Source: Candidatus Sumerlaeaceae bacterium
Lineage (GTDB): Bacteria; Sumerlaeota; Sumerlaeia; Sumerlaeales; Sumerlaeaceae
Direction of reading: 5' to 3'
DNA length: 64,000 bases
Assembly: GCA_049968255.1 (NCBI GenBank)
Contig: JBMFRB010000002.1
Coordinates: 153,772-217,771, forward strand
The position numbers and the translations under genes are program-made. This document shows, one piece after another, positions 28,276 to 37,991 of the stretch; position 1 is the first letter of the stretch, and each line of letters opens with the position of its first letter. The notes under the pieces were generated by a model that was not told where the DNA came from, made no database searches, and was given only the letters and a program-made list of their open reading frames with translations.

Positions 28276-30528
28276 CTAGAGAAGGTCGTAGGGATCAACG
28301 TCCACAATAATTTGAATTCGGCTATGGCCACGCTGCTTTGAGAACTCTTTTAGTGCCTGTCTTGTGATTTGCCGCATCTTGGAGCCAGCCTCGCCTCTTA
28401 GCAAAGCTCGCCAGCGGTATTGTCCTTCGAGCCTTTGCAGAGGGGCAGGGGTTGGGCCAAGCACTGTGACGCGATCACGGAGCGGATATGCAATGTCTTT
28501 TAAAATAATAATAAATTGTTTAAATAGCTCTTCTGTTATCTCTGGATTATTGCCCATGCCTAGAAATCCAACCAACCGATGATAAGGAGGAAAACGTAAG
28601 ATTTTACGGATGCGAATCTCTTTTTCGTAAAAACCAACGAAGTCGTGATTTCGTGCGAATTGGATAGCGTAATGGTCGGGCACATATGTTTGAATAATCA
28701 CCTTCCCCGGTGAGTCGCCGCGACCAGCCCGGCCAGCAACTTGGGTGAGTAGAGAGAACGCGCGTTCGGCAGCACGGAAGTCGGGCTGAAAAAGTGAGAC
28801 ATCTGCCAAAGGCACAACGACAAGGGCAATGCCTTCCAGGTGGATGCCACGAGCGATCATTTGTGTGCCAACAATGATGTCCACCTCGCGGCGACTGATC
28901 TGTTCCCACGCTTCGATGTGTGCGGTGCGCCGGCGCATAGTATCGAGATCAATTCGGAGTACTTTCTTGTGAGGAAAAAGCCTAGCCAATTCCTCTTCTA
29001 TGCGTTGAGTGCCGACGCCGACCATCGAAAGCTCGGTGGTGTCGCAGTAGGGGCAACTTGTGGGGCGTCGCAGCATATGCCCACAATAGTGACAGATCAA
29101 CCGGTCGCCGACTTTGTGGTAAGTCAGGGCGACGTCGCAGTGTGGGCACTTGAGCGTTTGTTTGCACCCTAAGCAGATAACGAAATTGAAAAATCCGCGC
29201 CGGTTGAGAAAAACTAGCACCTGGTTTCCTGCATCGAGCGTAGCCGTCATGGCCGAGCCAATTTCGGGACTCAAAAGCGAAACGTCTTGGTCGAGTTGCA
29301 CTTTCTCCGCGAGGTCAATCACCGTGATTGGGGGCAGAGGACGTCCGTCAATTCTCTGGCTCAGCGTGAGAAGCTCAAACTTCCCCGTAACAGCCTTGTG
29401 ATAGGTCTCAACGCTAGGCGTAGCGCTACCGAGCACGACAACTGCGCCGCACTGATGCGCATGAACGATCGCCACATCGCGCGCGTGGTATCTCGGTGTG
29501 GTATCTTGCTTGTAGGTGGCCTCGTGCTCTTCATCCACGATAATAATACGCAGGTTCTGCATAGGAGCGAAAATAGCCGAGCGAGCGCCGATAAGGATCC
29601 GGCAGCGCCCATCCTGGATTCGCCCCCACAGATCAAATTTTTGCCCTACCGTCAGACGCGAATGGTAGACCCCGACGAAGTCGCCAAACCGGCGACGGAA
29701 CCTGTCCACAGTCTGGGGGGTGAGCGAAATTTCGGGGACCAAAACGATTGCAGAGCCCCCGAGATCAAGCGCGTGCCAAATGGCCTGCAAATAAACTTCT
29801 GTTTTTCCACTTCCCGTGATGCCGTGAAGCAGAAATGTACGATGCTCGCCTCGATCAAGTTGTGTGCTGATAGCTTCAAGGGCGGCGCGTTGCGCAGAGT
29901 TAAGGTCCAAAGGCTGCTCCGGCTCGCCGCCGGTCGGATAGTCATCGCTGCGCTCGATAATCTTTTCCTGCCATATGAGGATTCCAGTGTTCAGAAGTTT
30001 GCGAATGACTGCCTGTGAAACGCCCGTAGCGGTGCGTAGCTTGTCAGCGCAAGCTTTTCCTCCGTGGTTTCTGAGCCAAGACACAACCAGAGCCTGTTTT
30101 GGTGTCAGGTCTGTCAAATTGTTAGCTTGTGTTGTTAGGGCAAGAAGTCGTTGCGTCTTCGGAGTGACCTCATTGAATCCGATGAATGAGACACACGCCA
30201 AGGTCTGGCCAAATGGCGCGAGGTAGTATTCGCTTATCCATCGGGCGAGCTCGATTGTTCGTGGTTCGATCATGAACTGGGGACTGATGATCCGCGCGAT
30301 TGGTCTGATTTTTGTTGCGGGCAGCTCGCCTGGCGTATGTTTCAGGCCGATGATGCAACCCCGGACCAGCCGTTTGCCAAACGGCACAAGAACGAGACGT
30401 CCTGCACAAGCCGTGTTTTGCAGCGATTGGGGAACGGTGTATGTAAAAAGCCCCTCTACAGGCTCTTCCACCGCAACATCAGCGTAAAGGGTGCATGCCC
30501 GCTCCGAAGCTCGTGGGTCCGATTTCAT
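28276..30528 (-). CDS. priA: Primosomal protein N' (replication restart helicase)
   Basis: 750 aa. Walker A (GITGSGKTEVY), DEEH box, Zn-finger Cys cluster (CLGCKQTLKCPHCDVALTYHKVGDRLICHYCGH) and C-terminal domain. Confidence 0.9.
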   Translation of the reverse strand: MKSDPRASERACTLYADVAVEEPVEGLFTYTVPQSLQNTACAGRLVLVPFGKRLVRGCIIGLKHTPGELPATKIRPIARIISPQFMIEPRTIELARWISEYYLAPFGQTLACVSFIGFNEVTPKTQRLLALTTQANNLTDLTPKQALVVSWLRNHGGKACADKLRTATGVSQAVIRKLLNTGILIWQEKIIERSDDYPTGGEPEQPLDLNSAQRAALEAISTQLDRGEHRTFLLHGITGSGKTEVYLQAIWHALDLGGSAIVLVPEISLTPQTVDRFRRRFGDFVGVYHSRLTVGQKFDLWGRIQDGRCRILIGARSAIFAPMQNLRIIIVDEEHEATYKQDTTPRYHARDVAIVHAHQCGAVVVLGSATPSVETYHKAVTGKFELLTLSQRIDGRPLPPITVIDLAEKVQLDQDVSLLSPEIGSAMTATLDAGNQVLVFLNRRGFFNFVICLGCKQTLKCPHCDVALTYHKVGDRLICHYCGHMLRRPTSCPYCDTTELSMVGVGTQRIEEELARLFPHKKVLRIDLDTMRRRTAHIEAWEQISRREVDIIVGTQMIARGIHLEGIALVVVPLADVSLFQPDFRAAERAFSLLTQVAGRAGRGDSPGKVIIQTYVPDHYAIQFARNHDFVGFYEKEIRIRKILRFPPYHRLVGFLGMGNNPEITEELFKQFIIILKDIAYPLRDRVTVLGPTPAPLQRLEGQYRWRALLRGEAGSKMRQITRQALKEFSKQRGHSRIQIIVDVDPYDLL

Positions 30529-30675
30529 AGATCTATGTTCCTGGGGTGCTCCCGTACCGTCATTAGCACAGATGTTTCGACGTTCGATAAGCTAAAAGGT
30601 TTTCACAGAGGGTGCACCTCACAAGCGGAATGTTAGCGGCCAAAGCTCTACTTTAACTTGAACGGCGTGTGCCGC

Positions 30676-31356
30676 ATGGATCATTTTCCGGGTATGCGTT
30701 TGATAGTGAGTTGGATACTAAGTTATCTTATCGGCTCTATCCCAACGGGCCTATTGATAGCCAAGCTCACGGGCAACCTCGATATACGTGAGCATGGCAG
30801 CGGAAACATTGGCGCCACAAATGTGGCTCGTGTGCTGGGCAAGAAGTGGGGAGCGATTGTCCTAGCTTTGGATATCTTGAAGGGCTTTCTGCCCGTTGTT
30901 ATTCTGCCGGCGCTTTTTGGCCTTCCCACGCGCGAGAGTGGTCTCGTCGAGATCACCATTGGCGCAGCGGCTGTTCTTGGCCATTGCTTCAGCATCTTCT
31001 TGGGATTCAAAGGGGGAAAGGGCGTGGCCACGGCAATCGGTGTGTTTTTAGCCATCGCCCCGTTGCAGATTATTTTGCTAACGGTTATCGGGCTCATTCT
31101 TATTGCGTGGAAAGGGTATGTGTCGCTCGCGTCGGTCATGTGTGCCGCCCTGCTGCCTTTCTTTTTTTACTTTTCCCATCAACCTATTGCAGTGCTTCTC
31201 GTGGCAGAAATCCTTGCTGCGGTGGTGATCCTCAAACATTGGCCTAACATGCTTCGCTTGATTCGGGGGGAAGAAATTCCGGTGTGGCAAGAAAAGCCCA
31301 ACGGTGACGATGGCGAACGTATTCCAATCACACGTGACGGGGACTCGAACGTCTAG
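30676..31356 (+). CDS. plsY: Glycerol-3-phosphate acyltransferase (acyl-phosphate dependent)
   Basis: SGNIGATNVARVLGKKWG and FKGGKGVATA motifs. Start ambiguous (ATG 30676 or 30694; TTG 30658). Short hydrophilic C-terminal extension. Confidence 0.85.
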   Translation: MDHFPGMRLIVSWILSYLIGSIPTGLLIAKLTGNLDIREHGSGNIGATNVARVLGKKWGAIVLALDILKGFLPVVILPALFGLPTRESGLVEITIGAAAVLGHCFSIFLGFKGGKGVATAIGVFLAIAPLQIILLTVIGLILIAWKGYVSLASVMCAALLPFFFYFSHQPIAVLLVAEILAAVVILKHWPNMLRLIRGEEIPVWQEKPNGDDGERIPITRDGDSNV

Positions 31357-31358
31357 GG

Positions 31359-32366
31359 ATGGAGACTGTTACTGTTTTTGGTGCGGGTGCGTGGGGAGCG
31401 ACGCTTGCCGATCTTCTGGCACGCAAAGGCGCTCAAGTTACGGTCTGGGATGTTGATTCTCGAATTCTTGAGCAGCTGCGCACCACGCGTCGGCGCGGCA
31501 AACCGCCAGCCCTCGTGGTTCACGACTCGGTTGTCTTTGAGGCAGAGCTTTCGACTGCTGCTCACAGAAGTGATGTGTGGGTTTGTGTTGTTCCCTCGTT
31601 TGCCGTTCGCGATCTTTGCAGGAGCCTCGGTGCGACGTTTGGTGACCTAGGGGAGCGCGTATTTGTGAACTGTGCCAAGGGAATTGAGGAGCAAACTTTG
31701 GCGATTCCCAGTGACATTTTTGCAGAGGAATTGGGGCGAAATCGTCTGGTGCAGTACGCCGTGCTTTCCGGCCCAAGCCATGCAGAAGAAGTGTGCTTGG
31801 GAATTCCCACGAGCGTCGTGTGTGCCTCGGACGATGATATGACGGCGCGGCGGGTGCAGGCATTGTTCGGAACCCGAGTGTTTCGTATCTATACGCAAAA
31901 GGACCGAATTGGTGTGGAGATGGGCGCGGCGCTGAAGAATGTGATCGCAATTGCCGCAGGCGCCTGCGATGGTCTCGGATTTGGTGACAACACAAAAGCG
32001 GCTCTCGTGACGCGTGGACTTGCTGAAATAACGCGGGCGGCGGTTGCTGTCGGTGCTTCCCCTCAGACGTTGGCAGGACTTGCCGGCCTCGGGGATCTCA
32101 TTGTTACGGCAATGAGCCGGCACAGCCGCAACAGGCTGTTTGGCGAACTTTTGGCCAAAGGCCGTTCTGTTACTGACGCGCTTCAGGAAGTCGGGGCCGT
32201 CGTCGAAGGCTACCGGACTTGCAGTTCAGCTTACGCTCTCAGTCAAAAGCTCGGCATTGAGATGCCGATCACAGCAGCAATTTATGGCGTTCTTTACGAA
32301 GGGATAAGTATCCAGGATGCGACAGCGCAGTTACTTGATCGTGACCCCAAGCCAGAGATTTACTAA
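31359..32366 (+). CDS. gpsA: NAD(P)H-dependent glycerol-3-phosphate dehydrogenase
   Basis: Rossmann motif (VFGAGAWGATLA) and GpsA-type C-terminal domain. Sits immediately after plsY (conserved plsY-gpsA pair). Confidence 0.9.
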   Translation: METVTVFGAGAWGATLADLLARKGAQVTVWDVDSRILEQLRTTRRRGKPPALVVHDSVVFEAELSTAAHRSDVWVCVVPSFAVRDLCRSLGATFGDLGERVFVNCAKGIEEQTLAIPSDIFAEELGRNRLVQYAVLSGPSHAEEVCLGIPTSVVCASDDDMTARRVQALFGTRVFRIYTQKDRIGVEMGAALKNVIAIAAGACDGLGFGDNTKAALVTRGLAEITRAAVAVGASPQTLAGLAGLGDLIVTAMSRHSRNRLFGELLAKGRSVTDALQEVGAVVEGYRTCSSAYALSQKLGIEMPITAAIYGVLYEGISIQDATAQLLDRDPKPEIY

Positions 32367-33346
32367 GCCCAGAGACGGCCGATGATCTCTTGCCAAACTT
32401 TGCGGTAGGCACGCATGCGCTCGCGATTGTGACGGTTGCGAAGTCCGACAATGTGGGCTCCCGCGAGAAAGAGCATCCTTAGAGAAAGATCTCCAAGCAT
32501 GGAGCATCGCACGGTCACGCGTCGCCATCGAGGGTAGTTTCGCGAAAGAAATGTCTCAAGCGCTGAGAAAAATTGCTGGATTGCTAGTGCACGGACTTCG
32601 GCTGTTGGCTCGCCCTGAGTGTGGATGATCGAAATCTGCGGATCTTGGATAATCTCGTAGCCCGCCTTTCTCAGGCGGAAGCATAAGTCAGTGTCTTCCG
32701 CATAAAGAAAATACGCTGACGAAAAACCGCCGACGTCATCCCATGCTGCTCGTGGTATGAGCATCGCACTTCCCATGACCCATTCGGCAGCCCTTGGTTT
32801 TGACACTCCTGTGCTGAGTGAAGGCAGCCCGTAGGACTTTCGTAATCGTTTCAGAAAGCCAGCCAGGAGACTGTGATTTAGCCAATACGTAAGGGCCCCA
32901 GGGAACCGGTACGTAGAACGTTGAATGGTCCCATTGTCATTGCAGAGGACGGGGGCGAGAACTCCTACGCGCACTCCTTCCGATTGCAAACGAGCCAAGC
33001 TTTGTAGCCAGGCCCGCATCGCCTCAGGAGGCACAACCGTATCGGGGTTGAGCACGCACAAAAGTGGCGCCTGTGCTTGCTGGGCTCCTAAGTTGCAGCC
33101 TTTTCCGTAGCCTAAATTTTCCGCGTTGCGAACCAGCAAAATTGGGAGATCTAGAAGGCTTTGCCAGTCATCATTCGGTGAGGCATTGTCTACCACAATG
33201 ATTTCAAGGGGGACGTCCTGGCAGCAAAGAGAGCGGACACATCGGCGAACAAACCCACTTGTTTGATAATTCACAATAATCACTGAAACTGCAGGAGGCG
33301 TCCCGAGCCCTCCCTCAACGAGCGGCGATTTGGTGTCGAGATGCAT
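32363..33346 (-). CDS. Glycosyltransferase family 2
   Basis: VSVIIVNYQT...IIVVDNASPNDD (DxD region) and GT-A fold features. 327 aa. Confidence 0.8.
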   Translation of the reverse strand: MHLDTKSPLVEGGLGTPPAVSVIIVNYQTSGFVRRCVRSLCCQDVPLEIIVVDNASPNDDWQSLLDLPILLVRNAENLGYGKGCNLGAQQAQAPLLCVLNPDTVVPPEAMRAWLQSLARLQSEGVRVGVLAPVLCNDNGTIQRSTYRFPGALTYWLNHSLLAGFLKRLRKSYGLPSLSTGVSKPRAAEWVMGSAMLIPRAAWDDVGGFSSAYFLYAEDTDLCFRLRKAGYEIIQDPQISIIHTQGEPTAEVRALAIQQFFSALETFLSRNYPRWRRVTVRCSMLGDLSLRMLFLAGAHIVGLRNRHNRERMRAYRKVWQEIIGRLWA

Positions 33347-33361
33347 ACATGTTCCCAGACT

Positions 33362-34942
33362 TCATGGCGCAGCATTCCAAAGCTTGTTGGCGAGTCTACT
33401 CTGCAAATTGCCGTGCTTTCGACAGTAAAGACGAAAACGATCGCCTAGCGGCGGTAGGTCCGGATGTGCAACATAGTTTGCATAAAACCATTGGACGATG
33501 GGATGCGCTGGAGGGGACGGAACGTCTTTTCTATCTATGGCGATTAGCTCGGGCTGTGTCCGCCGCAAATCTTGAAGCGCTCGGCGAGTGAGCGTTTCTG
33601 TGGTTGGACCCCATAACAATGGGATAACGAAAAAGATGCCGCTTGCTGGACGACGGTTTGCTGCCTCATAGAGGGTTGGTGCGGTGCCCCAGACGTAAAG
33701 CGTCTCATCTGGCGCCAAATAGCGTTGGAGTTCCCTCCCTTGCCGATACTGCTCTATAAACGCCGGGCCATATTTTGCTAAGGACCACGTTTCAGCGGAT
33801 CGTAAATAGAAGGGGAGTTGTACAAGTGCCTGAGTGAGGACCAACCCGCCCACCAGCAGTCGCAAACGAAGTCGATCGCGTGTTGCGCTGAGTCGTCTGA
33901 TCCCCAAGACCGTAGCGCTAGCTAGCACACACAAAAGTGGAAGCCACAGCTGGTAGTAGTGGGGATAGAATCGTCCGGGAAGTGAGTACGCGAGAAACGT
34001 GGCCGCAGTCCACCCTGCAAGCCACTCCGTACCTTGGCGGCGAGGAGTTTGGAGGAGGTGAAAAATACCGACGAGGGCGAGAACGATTGCGGGCAAAACA
34101 TTATTAGCAGCGTGCGGGACAACACGAGAAGGGACAAGCGCCGCAAAGATGTTGCTCAAAGGATTGTGGGTGTAAGCTCGTCCCCAGTAAAATAGCGTCG
34201 CATAGGCCTCTGCGAGGGTTCCTTGCCATACAGCGTTGACAAGAAACAGCACCCAGGGCAAGGCAGCTCCAGCAGTGAAAGAGCCAATTAAGTTCAAGGC
34301 GCTAACTTTCTGAGAACTAGCGCGCCGAAGACGACTCAGCACCAGCACGATCCAAAACACCACGATGTGGGCCATCATGACCGTCTTGTAGAGTGAGCCT
34401 AATGCCAAAAGGATGCCCCCCAGGAAAGCCCAACGGTTGCTGCCTGCGTTGCTCTGACAGTTGACCAGGGCAGCGAGTCCCCAGACGGCACAGACATTCA
34501 TAAAGACCTCGGCGTTTGGTTGGTTGGCTTGCAACCAGCAATCAGCAGCCACAAGAGTCCACAGAGCCGCCGCAAGGATTCCTCCGCTTTCCGAACGATA
34601 CAACTTTCTGGTGAGCTGGAAGATGCCGAGTAAGGCGAGGGTGCTGGCCACGCACCAGAGCAGGTAACGCGCGAGGAAGGGGTTGTCGGACAACCATGCT
34701 CCTGCCGCATAGGTCCAGTACACGGCCGGCGGCTTGATGTCCCACACCTCAGAATAGAGCCGCTTGCCGTGCAGCAGTTCGCGCGCAACCAACCAATAAG
34801 TTGCCAGATCTGTTTCTGGCGGTTCTGCCCAAGTGCGCAATCTCATGAGCAAGAGCAAGCCAGCGCAGGCGACGAGAAAATAGCGACGAAATCGCCGATA
34901 CTGACGGAGGCTTATTCTTTGCGCGCGAGGAGAGCTGCCCAT
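33362..34942 (-). CDS. Polytopic membrane protein, GT-C-fold glycosyltransferase-like (ArnT/PMT/GT39-83-like)
   Basis: More than 10 predicted TM helices followed by a C-terminal soluble domain. The N-terminal loop region (YWLVARELLHGKRLYSEVWDIKPPAVYWTYAAGAWL) resembles the ArnT/PMT family. Start likely internal (ATG near 34942) to avoid a long overlap with prmA. Confidence 0.5.
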   Translation of the reverse strand: MGSSPRAQRISLRQYRRFRRYFLVACAGLLLLMRLRTWAEPPETDLATYWLVARELLHGKRLYSEVWDIKPPAVYWTYAAGAWLSDNPFLARYLLWCVASTLALLGIFQLTRKLYRSESGGILAAALWTLVAADCWLQANQPNAEVFMNVCAVWGLAALVNCQSNAGSNRWAFLGGILLALGSLYKTVMMAHIVVFWIVLVLSRLRRASSQKVSALNLIGSFTAGAALPWVLFLVNAVWQGTLAEAYATLFYWGRAYTHNPLSNIFAALVPSRVVPHAANNVLPAIVLALVGIFHLLQTPRRQGTEWLAGWTAATFLAYSLPGRFYPHYYQLWLPLLCVLASATVLGIRRLSATRDRLRLRLLVGGLVLTQALVQLPFYLRSAETWSLAKYGPAFIEQYRQGRELQRYLAPDETLYVWGTAPTLYEAANRRPASGIFFVIPLLWGPTTETLTRRALQDLRRTQPELIAIDRKDVPSPPAHPIVQWFYANYVAHPDLPPLGDRFRLYCRKHGNLQSRLANKLWNAAP

Positions 34943-35787
34943 TCGTCGTTCTTCTCGGAGTGTGTTATTTCGAATCCAAGCTGTTTCACTCGCGTTTTCG
35001 CAACCTCGCTTTCTGAAGCAAGGAATCCAGACAAGCATAACAGGCCGCCCGGACAGCAGAAGCGAGGGACAAGCTCGGCCAACGGCTCGAAATTCGAGAG
35101 TAGCATGTTACACACAACGACGTCGAACTCTGTTGGCCGTAGCGACTCAAGCCTTGCGATCACGACGCTTACTTTTTTGAAAGCGAGATGGTTAAGATGA
35201 AGATTTTCTGCCACGTTTTCAATAACGTCGCTATCAATGTCAGTTGCAAGGCACCACGCTGCGCCACTCAGCGCTGCTGCAATTGCCAAGATCCCACTGC
35301 CGGTTCCGATGTCCAGGACGCGTTTATCCTCGAGGGGAATTTTCTCCATGAGCGAAAGACAAAGCTGCGTGGTGGCGTGAGTACCAGTGCCAAAAGCCAT
35401 CCCAGGCTCGATAACAATTGGAATGCGCCCCGATCGGGGCAAGCCTGCCTCAACTTCCCACGGTGGCAGAACCAGAAAACGCGAACCGACTTCTACCGGC
35501 ACGAAGTATTTCTTCCATTCGTCGTTCCAATTGCGTTTAGCTATCTTTTGCGCGTGAATCGCAACAAGCTCTTTGTAGCCGCGCTTGTTGAGCCACTGTA
35601 TGATTTCACTGCAAATGTGCTCGGCGTTGATCTCCGCAGGAAAAAAAAGGCGAAACTTTGTCCCCGGGATGTCCGATTCAATGCCTTGACACTCAAGTTC
35701 TGTTAGAATCTCCCAGAAGACCTCGTCGAGTCCGGCTTGTGAAGAGTTAAACACTAGTTCGATATATTGCCACGTCATCGAGTTCAT
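34912..35787 (-). CDS. prmA: Ribosomal protein L11 methyltransferase
   Basis: ATG at 35787. SAM motif (VLDIGTGSGILAIAAALSGA) and PrmA N-terminal substrate-binding domain. Confidence 0.85.
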   Translation of the reverse strand: MNSMTWQYIELVFNSSQAGLDEVFWEILTELECQGIESDIPGTKFRLFFPAEINAEHICSEIIQWLNKRGYKELVAIHAQKIAKRNWNDEWKKYFVPVEVGSRFLVLPPWEVEAGLPRSGRIPIVIEPGMAFGTGTHATTQLCLSLMEKIPLEDKRVLDIGTGSGILAIAAALSGAAWCLATDIDSDVIENVAENLHLNHLAFKKVSVVIARLESLRPTEFDVVVCNMLLSNFEPLAELVPRFCCPGGLLCLSGFLASESEVAKTRVKQLGFEITHSEKNDEWAALLARKE

Positions 35788-35912
35788 GCGAACTATGCAC
35801 GGCGATGAACTGAGGAAGGCAAGCTGACTTTGTGCGTTTTAGGTTGAACGCAAAGCTTGGAGCCAACACTCTGGCGTTCCGAATAGCAACGATACCGGGA
35901 AAATCGAAGGAA

Positions 35913-36518
35913 ATGGCCGAACAAAAAGCGAAAAAAAGCACAGCAGGGAAGAAAGAATCGAGCCCGATTACTTTTAGTGTTTCCGACATCAAGGAGCTTT
36001 TCATCCTGATGAAGGAGAACGACATAGCCGAGCTCAACATCGAACAGGGTGAGACCAAGATTCACATTGTAGGGTCGCGCGCGTCCGCAGTGCAGGCCGC
36101 CGCAGTATCCCCTGTCGTGCCGGTCGTGTCGAGCCTTCCGCCTGTGGGCATGGTTGCGCCAGCGACGCAACCCGCAGTAGCTGCGGCGCCAGTTGCAGCC
36201 GCATCCAGTCCGTCGGATGCTGCAGGCACTATCGAAACAGCCTTGCCTACGGCCGAGTCGGAGACTCTTCCTTCAAATGTTAAAACGATCAATTCTCCGA
36301 TGGTTGGGACCTTCTATCGTGCTCCAGCCCCTGACGCACCTCCGTTTGTGGACGTTGGTGATCGCGTTAAAGAAGACACCACCTTGTGCATTATCGAAGC
36401 GATGAAACTCATGAACGAAATCAAAGCCGAAATGCGAGGGAAAGTGGTCAAAATCCTCGTCGAAAATGGCATGCCCGTCGAGTATGGTCAGCCGCTGTTC
36501 TTGATTGAACCCGAATGA
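35913..36518 (+). CDS. accB: Acetyl-CoA carboxylase biotin carboxyl carrier protein
   Basis: Start ATG 35913 (MAEQKAKKS...). Ala/Pro-rich linker and biotinyl domain with EAMKLMNEI (biotin-Lys). Confidence 0.85.
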   Translation: MAEQKAKKSTAGKKESSPITFSVSDIKELFILMKENDIAELNIEQGETKIHIVGSRASAVQAAAVSPVVPVVSSLPPVGMVAPATQPAVAAAPVAAASSPSDAAGTIETALPTAESETLPSNVKTINSPMVGTFYRAPAPDAPPFVDVGDRVKEDTTLCIIEAMKLMNEIKAEMRGKVVKILVENGMPVEYGQPLFLIEPE

Positions 36519-36581
36519 CAATCGAACGCGTGCAGGACGAGCTCAGTACTCACAACAACTCAGGCGGTCAGAAGAAAACTT

Positions 36582-37925
36582 ATGTTTAGAAAGATCCTTA
36601 TAGCCAACCGTGGTGAAGTTGCTCTGCGTATCATTCGGGCATGCAAGGAGCTGGGAATACGCACCGTTGCCGTGTATTCGGAAGCCGATGCAAACTCGCT
36701 GCATGTGAAATTTGCTGACGAGGACGTATGCATTGGACCAGCCCCAAGCGCGGAAAGCTACCTAAATGTCGCGCGTATCATCAGCGCTGCTGAAATCACC
36801 GATGCCGAGGCAATTCATCCAGGTTATGGATTCTTGGCTGAGAATGCGGAGTTCGCCGAACTCTGTGAGACTTGTAAGATCAAGTTCATCGGGCCGTCAC
36901 CGGAGGCGATCCGTCGTATGGGCGACAAGGCGGAAGCCAAGAGAACAATGCGCGAAGCAGGGGTGCCATGCATTCCCGGAAGCCCTGGCTTGGTGACCGA
37001 CATTGGGGAAGCACGAGCAATTGCCGATGAAATTGGTTATCCTATTATCATAAAGGCTGCTGCTGGCGGCGGTGGTCGTGGCATGCGCGTAGCGCACACA
37101 CCCATCGCATTGTCTACTTCTTTTGCGACAGCGCAGGCCGAGGCGGAGAAAGCTTTCGGCAATCCCGGAGTTTATATCGAAAAGTTCATCGAGAACCCCA
37201 AGCACGTGGAGGTTCAGATTCTTGCTGATGAGCACGGGCATGCAGTCTATCTGGGCGAGCGTGACTGTTCGGTCCAGCGTCGCCACCAAAAGCTGATCGA
37301 AGAGAGTCCTTGCCCAGTTCTTGATGAAGAGACACGGCGCAAGATTGGAGAGGCTGCAGTCCGTGCAGCCCAGGCCGTTGGTTATGCAAATGCCGGCACG
37401 ATTGAGTTCCTCCTTGATAAGGATAAGAATTTTTATTTCATGGAAATGAACACCCGGATTCAGGTTGAGCACCCTGTCACCGAGCAGGTCACACTGTTCG
37501 ACCTTGTCCAAGCGCAGGTGCGCATCGCGGCCGGCGAAGAGCTACCAATACGTCAGGAAGACATCAAGCTTATTGGGCACTCGATCGAATGCCGCATCAA
37601 TGCAGAGAATCCGGACAAAGGGTTTATTCCCTCGCCAGGGCGAATTACGACGTATCACGTCCCAGGCGGACCAGGCGTTCGAGTGGACTCGCACTGTTAC
37701 CAGGAGTATGTAATTCCGCCCTATTATGATTCTATGATCGGAAAACTCATTACGTGGGCCCCAAGCCGCGAGGAATGTATTGCCCGTATGCGCCGCGCCT
37801 TGGACGAATTTGTCATTGAAGGTGTGGCCACAACCATTCCATTTCACCGCGCCGTCATGGACAGTGAAGAATTTTTGCGTGGGACGTTCGGCACGAACTT
37901 TGTCGAGAATTTCTGGAAAAAGTAA
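36582..37925 (+). CDS. accC: Acetyl-CoA carboxylase biotin carboxylase subunit
   Basis: 447 aa ATP-grasp biotin carboxylase ([26 protein letters not shown]..., [14 protein letters not shown]). Directly downstream of accB. Confidence 0.9.
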   Translation: MFRKILIANRGEVALRIIRACKELGIRTVAVYSEADANSLHVKFADEDVCIGPAPSAESYLNVARIISAAEITDAEAIHPGYGFLAENAEFAELCETCKIKFIGPSPEAIRRMGDKAEAKRTMREAGVPCIPGSPGLVTDIGEARAIADEIGYPIIIKAAAGGGGRGMRVAHTPIALSTSFATAQAEAEKAFGNPGVYIEKFIENPKHVEVQILADEHGHAVYLGERDCSVQRRHQKLIEESPCPVLDEETRRKIGEAAVRAAQAVGYANAGTIEFLLDKDKNFYFMEMNTRIQVEHPVTEQVTLFDLVQAQVRIAAGEELPIRQEDIKLIGHSIECRINAENPDKGFIPSPGRITTYHVPGGPGVRVDSHCYQEYVIPPYYDSMIGKLITWAPSREECIARMRRALDEFVIEGVATTIPFHRAVMDSEEFLRGTFGTNFVENFWKK

Positions 37926-37991
37926 GGCTCTGGGCTGCTGAGTGCGGCCCAGAGCTGAAGTGTTTGGCAAGCGCCCAGCCCAGACCAAAAG

